Source: Okamejei kenojei
Lineage: Eukaryota
Length of the DNA: 64,000 bases
Assembly (NCBI GenBank): GCA_035221665.1
Contig: CM069152.1
Coordinates: 26,536,001-26,600,000, forward strand
Direction of reading: 5' to 3'
Positions 51,638 to 64,000 of this stretch are shown here, in pieces (the stretch's first letter is position 1; each line of letters opens with the position of its first letter). Below the pieces are notes generated by a model, which saw only the letters and a program-made list of their open reading frames with translations, did not search any database and was not told the origin of the DNA. A program made the position numbers and the translations under genes.

Positions 51638-53495
51638 TTCTGTAAGTTTCAATGAGATCCCCCCTCAACCTCAACTCCAGGGAGTAGAGGCCCAGTACTG
51701 TCAGACGCTCATTATATGCTAATCCACTCATCCCTGGAATCAATCTTGTAAACCTCCGCTGGACCCTCTCCAGAGCCAGCACATCCTTCCTCAGATATGG
51801 GACCCAGATTTGCTCACTGTTCTTCAAATGCGGCCTGACCAGTGCCTTATAGAGCCTCAGCACTACATATCTGTTTTTGTATTCCAGTCAGTCTGATATA
51901 AATGATAGAATTGAATTTGCCTTCCTTACTACCGATTCGATGTGCAAATTATAGGTATGTTACAAAACTTACCTTTAGCGGTGCTGCAGTTCTGTCACTG
52001 GCCGTGTTTGTGACTTTGGTGCCTTTAAAGGGTGGGGGGGGGGTTAAAATGCGTTTTTTCCCTTGCCATTATATTTTCTCGGAGTGCAAGCTTTTGCTAA
52101 AGATTCATTACGACAGCCAGAAAGTGAACTTAAAAAAAAAATTTTTTTTAATAAATCGCCCGACTATTTCAGCGCTACATGAAATATAAAAATTAGCTCC
52201 TAATGTCGTGAACGCCAACAACGGGGACGGATTTTATGTAGGGGACAGGTAAGTGAAAGCTGTTTATTTTTTCATATAAACTTGCTTGTTTAGATAACCT
52301 TAATCAATATTTCATGTTGCGAAACGGCGATTTATTCCCCATATGAACCGGCAGTGTTTTTCCTGCCGATATTGGGTTTAAATTCACCGCAACTGCAACG
52401 TTCCAATCCATCGTGTTCCATAAAATCCCACTCGCAAGCTGATTAAAATGCCCATTAATTTATGGGCATTATACACTAAATTCCTTCAATTTGGCCTATA
52501 AATTCATAACAATGAGAATTAAAAATCATGTTATATTGTGAATTCTTGTGTGAATGTTATTTGGACACTGAGGCTTTTAAAAAAATGTTAATATTTTCTT
52601 AAGAAATGGATAGATGTTTAGATCTAGTAATTGAATTTTGTAATTAGCTACAATTGGGTAACTAACTAATTATATGCTTTAATTTCGGGTCATCCAAGTA
52701 AGATTGTTTCACATTAGTTTCAGAATGCTTCAATCTATAATAACTGAAAATTTCTTTCAGTTCTCTTAATTTTTAAGAAAGTTATGGGCTTTTGACTGTC
52801 CTCGATCACAATTTTTGTGTTAAGTCAATGGAAAAGCAATAGGGAACAAGATGCTAATTACCGAGTATGAAAATGGCCATAACTTTTTTAATACTGAAGA
52901 TATGAAAGTGAATTAGGTGTCAAATTAAACTTATTTTTATGCTTTATCTAATGGGATAAATTGCAGACTTGATTTTTTTAAAATCTCATAATATTGTAAC
53001 ATTGCTACAAATTAACTTTTTGGGAGTCCTATACCAGCACTCCCAAGTCCCTTTGCATCTCTGATTTCTGGATTCTCCCTCCACATGGAAAATTATCTAC
53101 GCCTCTATTCTTATTACCAAAATGCATGACTCCGCACTTTGCTACATTGAATTTCATCTGTCACTTCTCTTCCCATTCTCCTAACCTGTCCAAGTCCTTC
53201 TGCAGTCCTTGCTTCCTCTACAATGCCTGCCCCTTCACCTATCTTAGCATCATCTGCAAACTTGGTCACAGGGCCTTCAATCCACTTACCCAAATCTTTA
53301 ATATACAACATGAAGAGAAGCAGCCCTAGCACTGACCCTTGTGGAACTCCTCTAGTCACTGACAGCCAACCTGGAAAAACACCTTTTATTGCAACTCTTT
53401 GCATTCTGCCATCCAGCCAACCCGCTATCCATGCTAGTACTTTCCCTTTAATACCATGGCTCTCATCTTCACTTTATCCAAAGGCCTTCTGAAAC
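51638..53495 (-). mobile_element. CR1-like LINE ORF2 fragment split by a DNA transposon
   Basis: ORFs 53114..53404 (VTRGVPQGSVLG..LF..YI..KFADDAKI) and 51546..51863 (LYKALVRPHL...RVQRRFTRLIPGM) lie on either side of the 51952-53007 insertion. Confidence 0.88.
51952..53007. mobile_element. Non-autonomous DNA transposon, about 1056 bp, TAG...CTA termini
   Basis: Imperfect TIRs taggtatgttacaa / ttgtaacattgcta. Duplicated caaatta at 51945-51951 and 53008-53014. Cleanly interrupts a CR1. Confidence 0.8.
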
Positions 53496-56400
53496 GCACC
53501 CAAGTCCACATTATTTTCAACTGTTGAAAATTAATGGAGCTACTTAAAAGCATTTTCTCTTCTCCCATGTCTTATTAGGCAGTAGAAAGCACTATCACCA
53601 GATTGAAGAACAGTTTCTTTCCTGCTGTTATCAGACGCTTGAAAAGTCCGTTCATCTGCTAAGGACAATTTTCCAATCTTCTAATCCACCTCATTGTGGC
53701 CCAAGCACTTTTTATCTGCAGTTTCTCTGTAGCATCACATTATATTCTCCTGTTTATTTTTTTTGGCACCATTGATACTCATGTATGGTATGATTTGCGT
53801 AGATAACACAGAAAATTACATTAATGTTCAAGTAACATAATATCACTTTCAGTACAAAAAACTATAAATTAGACAATCGGCAATGGATCAAAAAAGCTGG
53901 CTGAGAAATTCATGTCTCAGTTTTAAAAGCAAACCTGATCAAAGATAAGATAGCACAATACAATCCCAAATTATTTCAAAGGATTACAGACAAGTTCACA
54001 AACCCAGTGTGCAATAGTACCTTCAAATTTCAAATTTCAAATTTTATATTTTTCCACAGGAAATCTTCACAAGCAAAGAATCTCTCTGCAAGCACCAATT
54101 TACAACATCAGCATTGTGACTAGTTACTGTTTTTGTTGCTAGAATTCATAATAGCTTCCACTTGATGAATGTGTCCCATTGTATAACTATTTTAGGAGCA
54201 ATGTTATAATGCATATCTAAATTTCCAAAACAGATTTCCAAACATTAAAATTTATATAGATGCTGAAATCAATTGACATCCAATTAAGCCATCAATTAAT
54301 CCCAAGATTATGTGTTGTTGAAAATGTATACTGCCTTTCAACACAACCTTTCCTATTCATTCAGAAGACCTTCTTTGGATGGATACCTTAATAATTTCAG
54401 TTTCCTGTTTACACTGTGAAAAGTTAGGTTGGTGTCATGACATGATGTAATGTTTCTCAAATCCTTTCAATCAAAAATATTATGGAAGTGTACTGAGACC
54501 ATCATCCTGTCAATGGTTTACTTGACGATAATACACCACAACTGACTGCCAATATCTGGTTTCCATTGGAAGGTTTTCCAAGACAAATGTTCTGCTTATA
54601 GCTTTAACATCTAATTCAAATATTCATATTCAACATCTTAGATGCCACCACTGACCAGAACTAATCTGGGCCAGCCATGTCATTAGTGGCTACAACAGTC
54701 AGAAGCTGGGCTTCTTGCAGTGAGCGACTCACCTCACATCCTTGGAGCTTTTTCACTTTCTACAAATCACAAATCATGAAAGTAACAAAGTTCTTCACTT
54801 GGATTATAGTAACAAAACGCAGCAAACTCATTTATTTCCCCCCAATTTTTTGGCAAGAATAGCTATTAGCTTGAACCTCTTATTTATTTATTTTACTTTG
54901 ATTTATTAATACTTTTCAGGATCTAGCATTGATGGCAAGGCCAGTATTTAGTCTCCATCAAGAAGCAAGGCAACTTGATGCAAAGTGAACTGCTGCAATT
55001 TTTCCAGTGAAAGTATGTTCAAAGTGGTGCTAGATTGGGCGTTCCAGGATTTAAATGGCAATTATTAAAAAACAGCAACATATTTCCAGGTCAGAGTGAT
55101 GTGTGGTTTGAAGATAAAAATGCCAGTGGATGCATTTCCACCTGTCCCAAGTCTGTGCCTTTCTAGGTAGAAGTCACAGGTTTTGGAGGTGCTGGTGGGG
55201 TAGTCTGGACAAGTATCTGCATTGCAGTTGTGGATGGTAGACACTGCAACCACTCTTTGCAGATGGTGGGGTGAATTCATGTTTAAGGTAACAGAGGCAG
55301 TACTAATCCAGTGGGCTATTTTGTTCTGTGTGAAGGTTCTCAAATATGATTACTACAATCCCAGCAGGTGGAGTCTATCCCATTACATTCCTGACGTACT
55401 TTGCAGAAAGTGAAATGGCTTTAGAGTGTGAGGAGGTACCTCACTCACCACAGGATATCCAGCTTCTGACCCACTCTTGTACTCACTGTGGTTATGGGGC
55501 TTGACCAATACAGTTCTGGTCAATGGTGGCTCCTAGATTGTTGATCATGATACATGGTATGGCAACAGCATTGCTTGTCAAGAATAAGTGATTCACGAGC
55601 CCATTTTGTGGACTTTCATGGTGGCACAAATAATACCTGTGATCTGTGATAGTATCTATGATCATCTTTTCTGCACAACTGCTATATGTTGGAGCAGGTC
55701 TGTACTTTATGCCCTTATTTATGAAATCATTGTGGGCACAGGATAAATGAACTAAAAATCTTCCCTGTTCATACATTAACTGCCTCATCTTCCCTCAGTA
55801 AAAATTACAATGTTGGTCCATTTAGAATAATATCCATCTCAGTTAACAGTGTAAATCATAAAAAATTTAAGCACTGAGATTATAAATTCAGAGCATGCTT
55901 ACCACTAAACGCAGTATTATTAACTATTTCAACACAAAAGTTAAACTAATAGCCTTGTTTAATTTGGTGCACAAAATATCTCATAGAATATTGGAGGTCA
56001 ATAGATTTCTCACTGGTGTCTTGCCCTTTATTTAACCCTCAATTAATTAATAATAATAAAATAGTCTAGTCATGTATTTGGTTATTTTCTTTGAAACGTT
56101 ATTGCGTGCAAATTAACTGGCGCATTTACCCATGCTATAATAGTACCTATGGCTTATATATACTTAATATGTTGTAAAATGTATTGGGGAATTATAAAGT
56201 AAAGGGTGCAGTGCAAACTTGAGTTAATTCTTGGCTCGAAGCACTTTTATGTATTTTTATGTATCAGCTTAGGGAAGTCCATGGGGATACATAACTCAAG
56301 ATGAATGAAAGACAATCATGTTGAAGAATTTTCATATGGTAAACTGGGAAACAACAAATAAGCGCTTATTAACCAATATTGTAACCATTTTACACAATGG

Positions 56401-57804
56401 AAAATATAGATTGAAACATGCAAGATGAATAAATTGAATGATAGACTTAAAATTGTAACAAATATTTTGAAATGTGGGGGGAGTTATAATCTACATTGAA
56501 GATTTGTTTCTGTTAGGCACCCATAGGGTGCTGAACAATATTTATGGCTTTTATTAAGACAATAAGACAAATTAACTTGAGTCATAGAGTGATAGAGTGT
56601 GGAAACAGGCCCTTCGGCCCAACTCGCCCACACCCGGCCAACAATGTCCCAGCTACACTAGTCCCACTTGCCTGGGCTTGGTACATATTGCAACATTTTC
56701 GAAATACTCACAGAAATACTCGTTCATAAATATTCAATTTTTCATACTTGCATTGGAGGCTGGAAAACAGTAATTCTTGAGGAATATGAATTATAGTTGG
56801 TTGCTCTAGGATTTTGATTTGGCATCATGTTAAGCACATACATCATGGGCCGAAGGGCCTATTCCTATGCTGTACTGTTCTATGATAGTTAACCATGCAC
56901 GTACATAGCCTTTACTTGCAGTTTGTTTTAACGACAGTGATACAGTTGCCATTGTTGAAAATGTAAAATCAAGATTCAATCCCAAGTGTTCGGGTCAAAA
57001 TTATGGAGCCCTCAAATGAAAGGAAAGAGCTTTAATACGTATATAAAAATGGATTTATAGTAATTTCTATATTATAACATTGTTATGACATTTACAGTTA
57101 TTCTTTGCAATTTATGCTGTAAATACCTCCCTCCCAGTGTAACAATTAAAATAACTACATGCATGGTGTTAACACTTTATTTTTATTTTTAAGATGTAGT
57201 CAGCAAACTGAGATGAATGGAAAGGAAATGTGCTTTTCCCTGTGGATTTTTACATTCATTTCCAGATCTGTCTAATGGCAGACCTGGAAAGAGCTGAACA
57301 AGAATATTCCATTCATGGCAGTGAATGAACAAGCCTCCGTCTAGTTTTGCTACCATACTGCCAGATTTCACATGGTATGGGAAGATGAGTAGGGAAGTGT
57401 GCAGAAATAATACAAGAAACAATAAGGGCCTGTGAAAAATATTTATATACTTTTCATAACCTCAGGAGGTATCAAAGCAATTTATGTCCAACGAAGTATG
57501 CATGATGTGTAATCACTCTCATGAAGAGGGAATAATAAAACAAGGGAATAAAAAAACGAGAGAGGGACACACTGTTAATTTTACAGTTGGATTACATTTC
57601 AGAAGAACTGGCCATTTCCGATACAACCAGGTAGAAACTGCTTGTCTGAAATTGCTGAGTTCTGAATTGAGTCACAAAGAAAGCAATGTGCATAAATGGA
57701 AAATGAGGATCTGCTTCAAGCTTTTGATGTTTTTGTTGGGTCTAGATGAAACAGTATGGGAAGCAACAGATTAGCAAGTCCGAGAGAGTTTGAGATATGG
57801 AGAA

Positions 57805-58242
57805 TTAATTTAGTTTAAAGATACAACATGGAAATAGTCCACGCAGACCATTGAGCACCTGTTCACACTAGTTCTATATTATCCCACTTTTGCATACACT
57901 CCTTACACATTAGGGGCAATTTACAGAGGCCAATTAACCTACAAACTCTGAAGTTCTGAAGTAGTCTGAAGATTGGTCCCGACCTGAAACATCACCTATT
58001 CATGTCCTCCAGAAAAGCTGCCCGACCTGCTGAGTTGCACCAGCACTTTTTGTCCTTTTTTTACGCCCACAAACCCGTATGTCTTTGCAATATGAGAGGA
58101 AACTGGAACACCTGTAAGAAACTCACAGTGTCATAGGGAGAACGTGCAAACTCCACACTGACATCACCCAAGGTCAGGATCGAACTAGGGTTTCTGGCTC
58201 TGTGAAGCAGCAGTTTTATTAGCTGCGTCACTGTGCCACCCT
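57805..58242 (-). mobile_element. HE1-like V-SINE with an inserted Penelope pLTR fragment (57947-58065, + strand)
   Basis: SINE tail, V-domain and head in reverse orientation. Insertion flanked by cctacaaac / cccacaaac. Confidence 0.8.
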
Positions 58243-58727
58243 AAAGTGACAGGTAACTGGAAGAGCAGGATCACCATTGCAGAATGAATATAGGTGTTCT
58301 GCACAGCATCAAAATATGCAGTGCAGAGAATATTCCTTTTGTCCAATACACCCTAACCTGCCCTCTGCAACTTGTTTTTTCCCCCCACTTTGTTGGCACA
58401 GCTAGTAGAACCATTGTCCATCAGTGCCAGAAGCCCAGGTTCATTCTTGATCTCAGATTTCCCGCTGCATGGAGTTTGCATGTACTTCCTGTGATGGAAT
58501 GGGCTTCCTATGGATGTTCCGTTTGATTTCCACATCCCAAAAACCTGAGGGTTCGTACATCAATTGCACTGTAACTTTGCACCTTGGCGAGTGGTAAAAT
58601 CTTGGGGTGGGTTGAAGAACAATTGTGAAGTTGAGCGTGAGAAGAATAAAATAATGATATTAACAATTGTAGTACGATTATAAATACAGTTGAGATACAA
58701 AAAGGATCAGGTAGTTTGTGCTCTTAC

Positions 58728-58814
58728 CCAGTTCTCTGGACACTGGTGATTGTGAACTCATCTCTCCTAACTTCGAAATGGCATCAAAATATATCTTGCC
58801 TGCTCCCACCATAG
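58728..58814 (-). CDS. BAIAP2L1: BAIAP2L1/IRTKS coding exon (human exon 3 equivalent), IMD/I-BAR domain
   Basis: 87 nt, ttttaacag|CTATGG...GAACTGG|gtaaga. Translates (A)MVGAGKIYFDAISKLGEMSSQSPVSREL(G), matching human IRTKS [30 protein letters not shown]. Phase 1/1. Confidence 0.93.
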
Positions 58815-59179
58815 CTGTTAAAAATAAATAGAAAAAATTCAGACAAATGGCCTTTTATTTATTTCGGCAAGTTTCACAGACAGTACAAGGTACCAACAAG
58901 ATCAAACCTCGTATCTCACGAATGCTGTATTGCAAGGAATTCCTGAGAATCATTACAATTATTATAGTTACATAACAAGTATGCAAACTACACTTGAATT
59001 CCAATATACCAAATGAAGTGCATGTGGCTGGGTGGATCAAAATTAAGACCAGAATTTATACAGCACCCATCACACCCAAGGCTGTCACAAATACTGTAGT
59101 CAAAGAGAGCAACATTCGCAAACAGGACTGGCAGGTGTACGGAAACAATAGAAATTGGTTTATTCTGCTTTCATTTTAA

Positions 59180-59890
59180 TACTAGAGGCTTAATAGGTAA
59201 GGCAAATGAACTCAGGGTGTGGTTTGGCCCTGGGCACATTATATCCATAACAGAAACCTGGCTGAGAGAAGGCCAGGTCTGACGGCTCAATGTTCCAGGA
59301 TACATAGATGTGATGGAGATGCATGGGGAGGGGGTGGTTGGCGTTTTTGTCAGGGAGGACTATGTTTAGAGAGGATATCCTTGGGGGATCATCCACTGAG
59401 GCAGGGTGGGCATACTTAAAAACGGGAAGGGAATTATCTATTTTATGGGATTGTTTTAGCAGCTTCCCAATAGTCAGCGTCAATTGGATGAGCTGATATA
59501 TAGGGAGATTGTAGATTGACGTAAAACTAATAGGGTAGTATTAGCATGAGATTTCAACATCCATAATATTGACCCCCCCCCCCCCCCAGTGTAAAGGGCT
59601 TGTATGGGATATAATTTGTTAAGTGTCCAAAATAAACTTTCTTATTCCAATATTTCTTTCTTGACCAATATATAGATGGCCCTACAAGCGAGGGAACACT
59701 GAACCTCCTTTTGGGAAACAAGATAGAACAAGTGATTTAAGTGTCAGTCAATGAGCACATTGGGACCAGTGATCATAATTCAAGTAGTTATGGAGAAGGA
59801 TAGGACTGACCCACAAGGCTCTAAATTAGGGCACAGCTAATTTGAGCGGCATTAGGGGGAAACGTGCAGGGGTCGTTTGGGAGAGTCTGC
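59180..59890 (+). mobile_element. Decayed CR1-like LINE, endonuclease region
   Basis: ataacagaaacctggctg (ITETWL), gatttcaac (DFN) and gggaccagtgatcataat (GTSDHN). Confidence 0.7.
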
Positions 59891-62800
59891 TTGTAATGTA
59901 GGAGATGCAGCAATCAATTTACAACCATGCGGTCCCAAAATAACAAAATACTATTATCCCATTAATCTGTTTTAATCATATTGACCAAGATAAATATACA
60001 ATGTACATTATACATTGTATAACACAATGGAAAACTCCCCTCATCTTCAATATCCTCATCAGGCTGAGAGAGTAGGTAAGGGGTCATTTGACCATCTCAT
60101 CTAAAGGCGGCATCTTGGGCAATGTAACGCACAATAATACAAGGGAGTAACGTTTTGAGCTCCGGAACTTTCTTAGTTGTCCAAGTCAAAAAGATAGAAT
60201 TACTGATAAAGCCACAGCTGACACCTATATATTTTATTATCAAGTTTGCAAGCACTGCAAACCCATTACAGTAACTGAAAGTATATATGCAGCTAATCCT
60301 TCTTAAAAGATAAAGAATTGAATTTTGATGGAGTGACTCCAGTTACTTTACAGTATTATATGAAATAAATCTTGGGTAAAAATGAGTCTCAAGTCCGTTG
60401 CATGCTAAGTGAAATATTCCTTCCTTTGAGGTTTCTCTTCATATTCAAGTATTTTATCAATTTAAGATTTGGCTTTTCAAGGGCAATTGAGGAAAGTAAA
60501 CACAAGACAAAGTTTAATTGTTTTTTTGAAGTCACAAGACACTGTAGATGGTTGAATCTGGAGTAAAAAAAACAAACTGCTGAGGAACTCAGTGGGTTAG
60601 GCAGCATCTATGGAGGCAGAGTCAATGTTCCAGGTTGAGACCCTGTATTAGGATTGAGATTGTAGGGGGCAGAATGTAAATTATACTGAGCATCTCATGT
60701 TATACTCTTGGTGCTGATGCAACCAACCTGATACTTAGTCCTCAACCAAAATGCTGTAGATACAGTATCAATGGATGACCTGCCGAGTTCTTCCAGTCTT
60801 TAATTGCTTTTTTGACTGTCGATAGCTTAGTACTAAAGTAAAAATTTCAAACCCTGGTATATAAATAAAGTCTTTATTTAAGTATATGGAATGGCCCAAT
60901 TGCCATCTTTTCAAATCGCAAGTTTACAAAGAAATACACCCATTATTCAGCAGGGACTAAAACCATAGAATAAAGTGATAAAGATCAGGATAAATTCTTT
61001 TGATCAAGGCAAGTTTCAAGGTTTTCACATTCTACTGTTCACTTAGCAAACTAATCATGACATAATGAAAAGAGTGGGAATATCCTTTTTTTAAAGGGCT
61101 GGGTCTCCTTTTGGGCCAACTAGGAATAGAACTATTTTTCTAGAGAGCACTTACTAAACTTACAGCATAATTTCATAATTGCATTTTGTAAACCCCAACT
61201 TGCAGATTTAATTGACTTATTCCTCATGGAATAAGAACAAAAGCTATGTAAAAAGTTTAAATTGGATTCTCTTTAAAAATCTAACAGAATGTCAGCTGCT
61301 CTTTTTTTTAAAAACAGTAATAACTACAGGGTTTCTAATTTTGTCTTTAAAAAAGGCAATAAGTGTAAAACTTGGTTAGAAAGTCTTTCTTTTTTTCTTA
61401 TTAGGTCTCTATTGCAGCTCAACTATAATTGGAAAGGGACCTTACAACAATTAAGATGAACTCCCGAGAATAATTACAATTAATTTATTTCCCTTAAATG
61501 ACAACAACCAGACTAAAAATAGCTTGCATCTCATTTAATCAGGGATAGATATTTTTTAAATATCCTGTCCAATTAACCAGTAGCAAGTACTTTTTTTGAA
61601 ACAAGGGCATAGATAAAGGCTGGATAAAAACCCATTTCCATCGTGTACAACATGGCATATCATAGATTTAATGGTGGACTTCACCAGGAGAAAATATTGT
61701 TCCTTAAACATGTCTGCAAGGAATTTGAATCAGCCTAGTCATTCTAATTATACCAGCATTAATTTCATGACTTTATGTTAGGATCAGACTTCATCCAACT
61801 TCTTTGCCCAGATCGTTTCAGATCGTCGAGGTACATTGATGTTTTGCGATATGCATCTTCAATTTACAAAATTATGTTGTCCTATAAAAATTAGTGAGCG
61901 CAAGAATACAATGCATCAGATTTCCTATACTACATTCCACACAACCTTTTCAGTTTACAACATTTTATTTCAGGAAATGTTTTTGTAAGAATGCAGCATT
62001 TTATAAATTGAGTAATGACTGTACCCTTACTGAGCATAAATGACTGGTCTAATAAGCAGGTAATCTATCCCTGTTATTTATTAGATATAATTACTAATTT
62101 TTATGCAAAATTGTCTCATGGATATTTCCTCACTAAACTGATAGAAGGCAAATTGAGAGTTAAGGCATGATTGAACACTAAAGTGAACTCTATTTGGAAC
62201 TCAACACTAGTTCCAGAAACAAGCTATATTTATGATGGTATTTTAAAATTAATACAGAGCAAAATCACTGCAGTGGCAGTCACAACTGCACCTTTCCAAT
62301 GTAATACCAAAATAAAAATCTTGGTCAGTAGAACTGCATTAGGAAAATGTTTCTATCGCATTTACCCAAAAATAATTTCACTTAATTTGAACTGTCTGTG
62401 GCTAAATAAAATTTCCATAATTCTGTCAAATACCATGACCTAGATAAATGTCTGGATTAAATGGAATTGCAGTAATAAACTTAAATTAAACCAGATTTAT
62501 TAAATGTAAAGGCAGCTGCACATTAGCCGATTCATCTTCTAAATGTAGACTCCTAAAGACGCATATTATTTAATCCTTGCTCAAAATCTGAGTCGGCCTC
62601 AAAATACTGTCCCCATTTTCGGTTTCCTTAAAGTTTGACTTTGGACTGAAAAGAAGGCTTCGAAATGAATTCCCAGTTTGTAGAATTATAGGTCATCATG
62701 ATAGAATAAAGAAAATAGGACACTAATTTTAGTAAAGCACTGAGAGATTCAATAGAGATTTGAACAATAAAGGCTATCGCTAAAAATCTGAAATAAAAAC

Positions 62801-62949
62801 AGGAAATGTTAGTACACACAGGTCAGGCAGTACTTGTGAAAAAGACAGTTGCATTTCAAGTTGAAGATCTTTTTCATGAAGCTAGAAAACAAATTATTTG
62901 ACATTGTAGTGGGTGGAGATCAGCTGAATCATTTAAGTATTTGCATAAA

Positions 62950-63395
62950 GAGTCATATAGCATGGAAACAATCCCTTCAATTCACACTGACCCAACACGC
63001 ATCTGCATGATGTGATGTCTCCAGAAAGATTCCGACCCAAAACATTACCTAATCTTTTTCTCCAGAGATGCTGCCTGACCTGCTGAGTTATTCCAGCATT
63101 TTGTGTCCATCTTTGGTATAAACCTAGCTTTTGCAGTTCTTCTACACCCATCTACACTAATTTCATTTTCTATTTTGTATGTCCATCAACTTCCCACTAT
63201 CGCAAAACAAAATTCTAATTCTTCCGTCACAAACTACACAAGGGACTACACACTCTACGGCTATTTTACTAACCAGTATAGGTTTGACATATGGGAGGTA
63301 GCGGGAGCGCTCAGAAAACCTGTGCAATTGCAAGAACATGCATACAGAAATTATGTTGGTCATTGAACCCATGAGGCAGCAACGCTAACTAGCGC
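62950..63395 (-). mobile_element. Decayed HE1-like SINE interrupted by a Penelope pLTR fragment (about 63018-63145)
   Basis: Tail agtcatatagcatggaaac and a V-domain remnant. Insert ccgacccaaaacattacc...ccagagatgctgcctgacctgctgagttattccagc. Confidence 0.7.
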
Positions 63396-64000
63396 CATTA
63401 TGAAAACTAAGGATGGGACAAAGAGACCATCTATGATAGGGCAAGGTCTGCAATGCCATGATGACCTCACTGTCATGGAGCTAGCTAGTTAATGAGGCTA
63501 GATTGGCAGTGAAAACAAAGCAAGGTATAAAAGCTCCGAACAAGAGATAGAAAAAATTATATAACACTTCATAACTACAGGATGCAATAAAGAATTTTAT
63601 ATTCAAAAAAGTATTTATGAATGTACTTGCTTCATGAATGCAAGGCTAAATACATAAAGCGACAAGTGAGAGTGTGAAGCAAAAACTGAAAAAGTTGGTG
63701 GCCGATGTGAGAGATTACCATGCAAAAATAACAGGATTAAAATTAGTAGCAACTCCAATGACATTTTTCGGTCTGTATGTGTGCAGGGAACAGTTTGTTT
63801 ATGAAATGGTTTGTTTCAACTAATCAGCCAAACGTGATTCAAAAGTCATGATTTTTTAAAGATTGTACAAAGCCCTTTAAGTGAACAAAGAAACATCCTG
63901 CTGGTGGAATTCAGCAAGTCAAGCAGCATCTGTGGTGGCAGAGATAGTTGATGTTTCCATCGACAACCTGCATTAAGACAGCGTGTAGAGGGAAGAGAAC

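Noticed and set aside
61770-61882. Good-looking minus-strand acceptor (ctcactaatttttatag) as a candidate exon 2
   Set aside because: All three frames stop within 25 nt, and there is no match to the expected exon 2 peptide (EQFNPGLRNL).
318-63372. Most short ORFs (60-134 aa) in the supplied track as independent genes
   Set aside because: They are chance ORFs in AT-rich introns or readings of SINE/pLTR repeats (for example the recurring CWSNSAGQAASLE and SPEMLPDPLSYSS peptides). Only those overlapping the exons or LINEs listed above are meaningful.

Overview
Vertebrate nuclear DNA, AT-rich and CpG-depleted. The repeat content (HE1-type V-SINEs, SacSINE1-like Deu-SINEs, CR1, Rex1, L1, Penelope-like remnants) points to a cartilaginous fish, probably a skate or ray (inference). 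The window holds the 3' part of one spliced gene on the minus strand, BAIAP2L1 (IRTKS: I-BAR/IMD + SH3 + C-terminal WH2-like region). I recovered 12 GT-AG coding exons, equivalent to human exons 3-14. They total 1367 nt, all phases are compatible, and they encode about 455 aa ending in ...NDRSAPVI* at 1085. Exons 1-2 were not found and presumably lie beyond 64000. Nearly everything else is intron filled with transposon relics, and almost all ORFs in the supplied track are spurious or LINE fragments. The most notable non-genic structures are: (i) an abundant Penelope-derived repeat whose consensus reads as a minimal hammerhead ribozyme and which is often inserted as about 200-bp fold-back units with 9-13-bp target duplications; (ii) a near-perfect 105-bp inverted templated insertion with stutter repeats; (iii) several non-autonomous DNA transposons, one with an unusual 7-bp target duplication. 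I found no evidence for a wholly new gene system. Human protein and repeat-consensus comparisons are from memory, not from searches.
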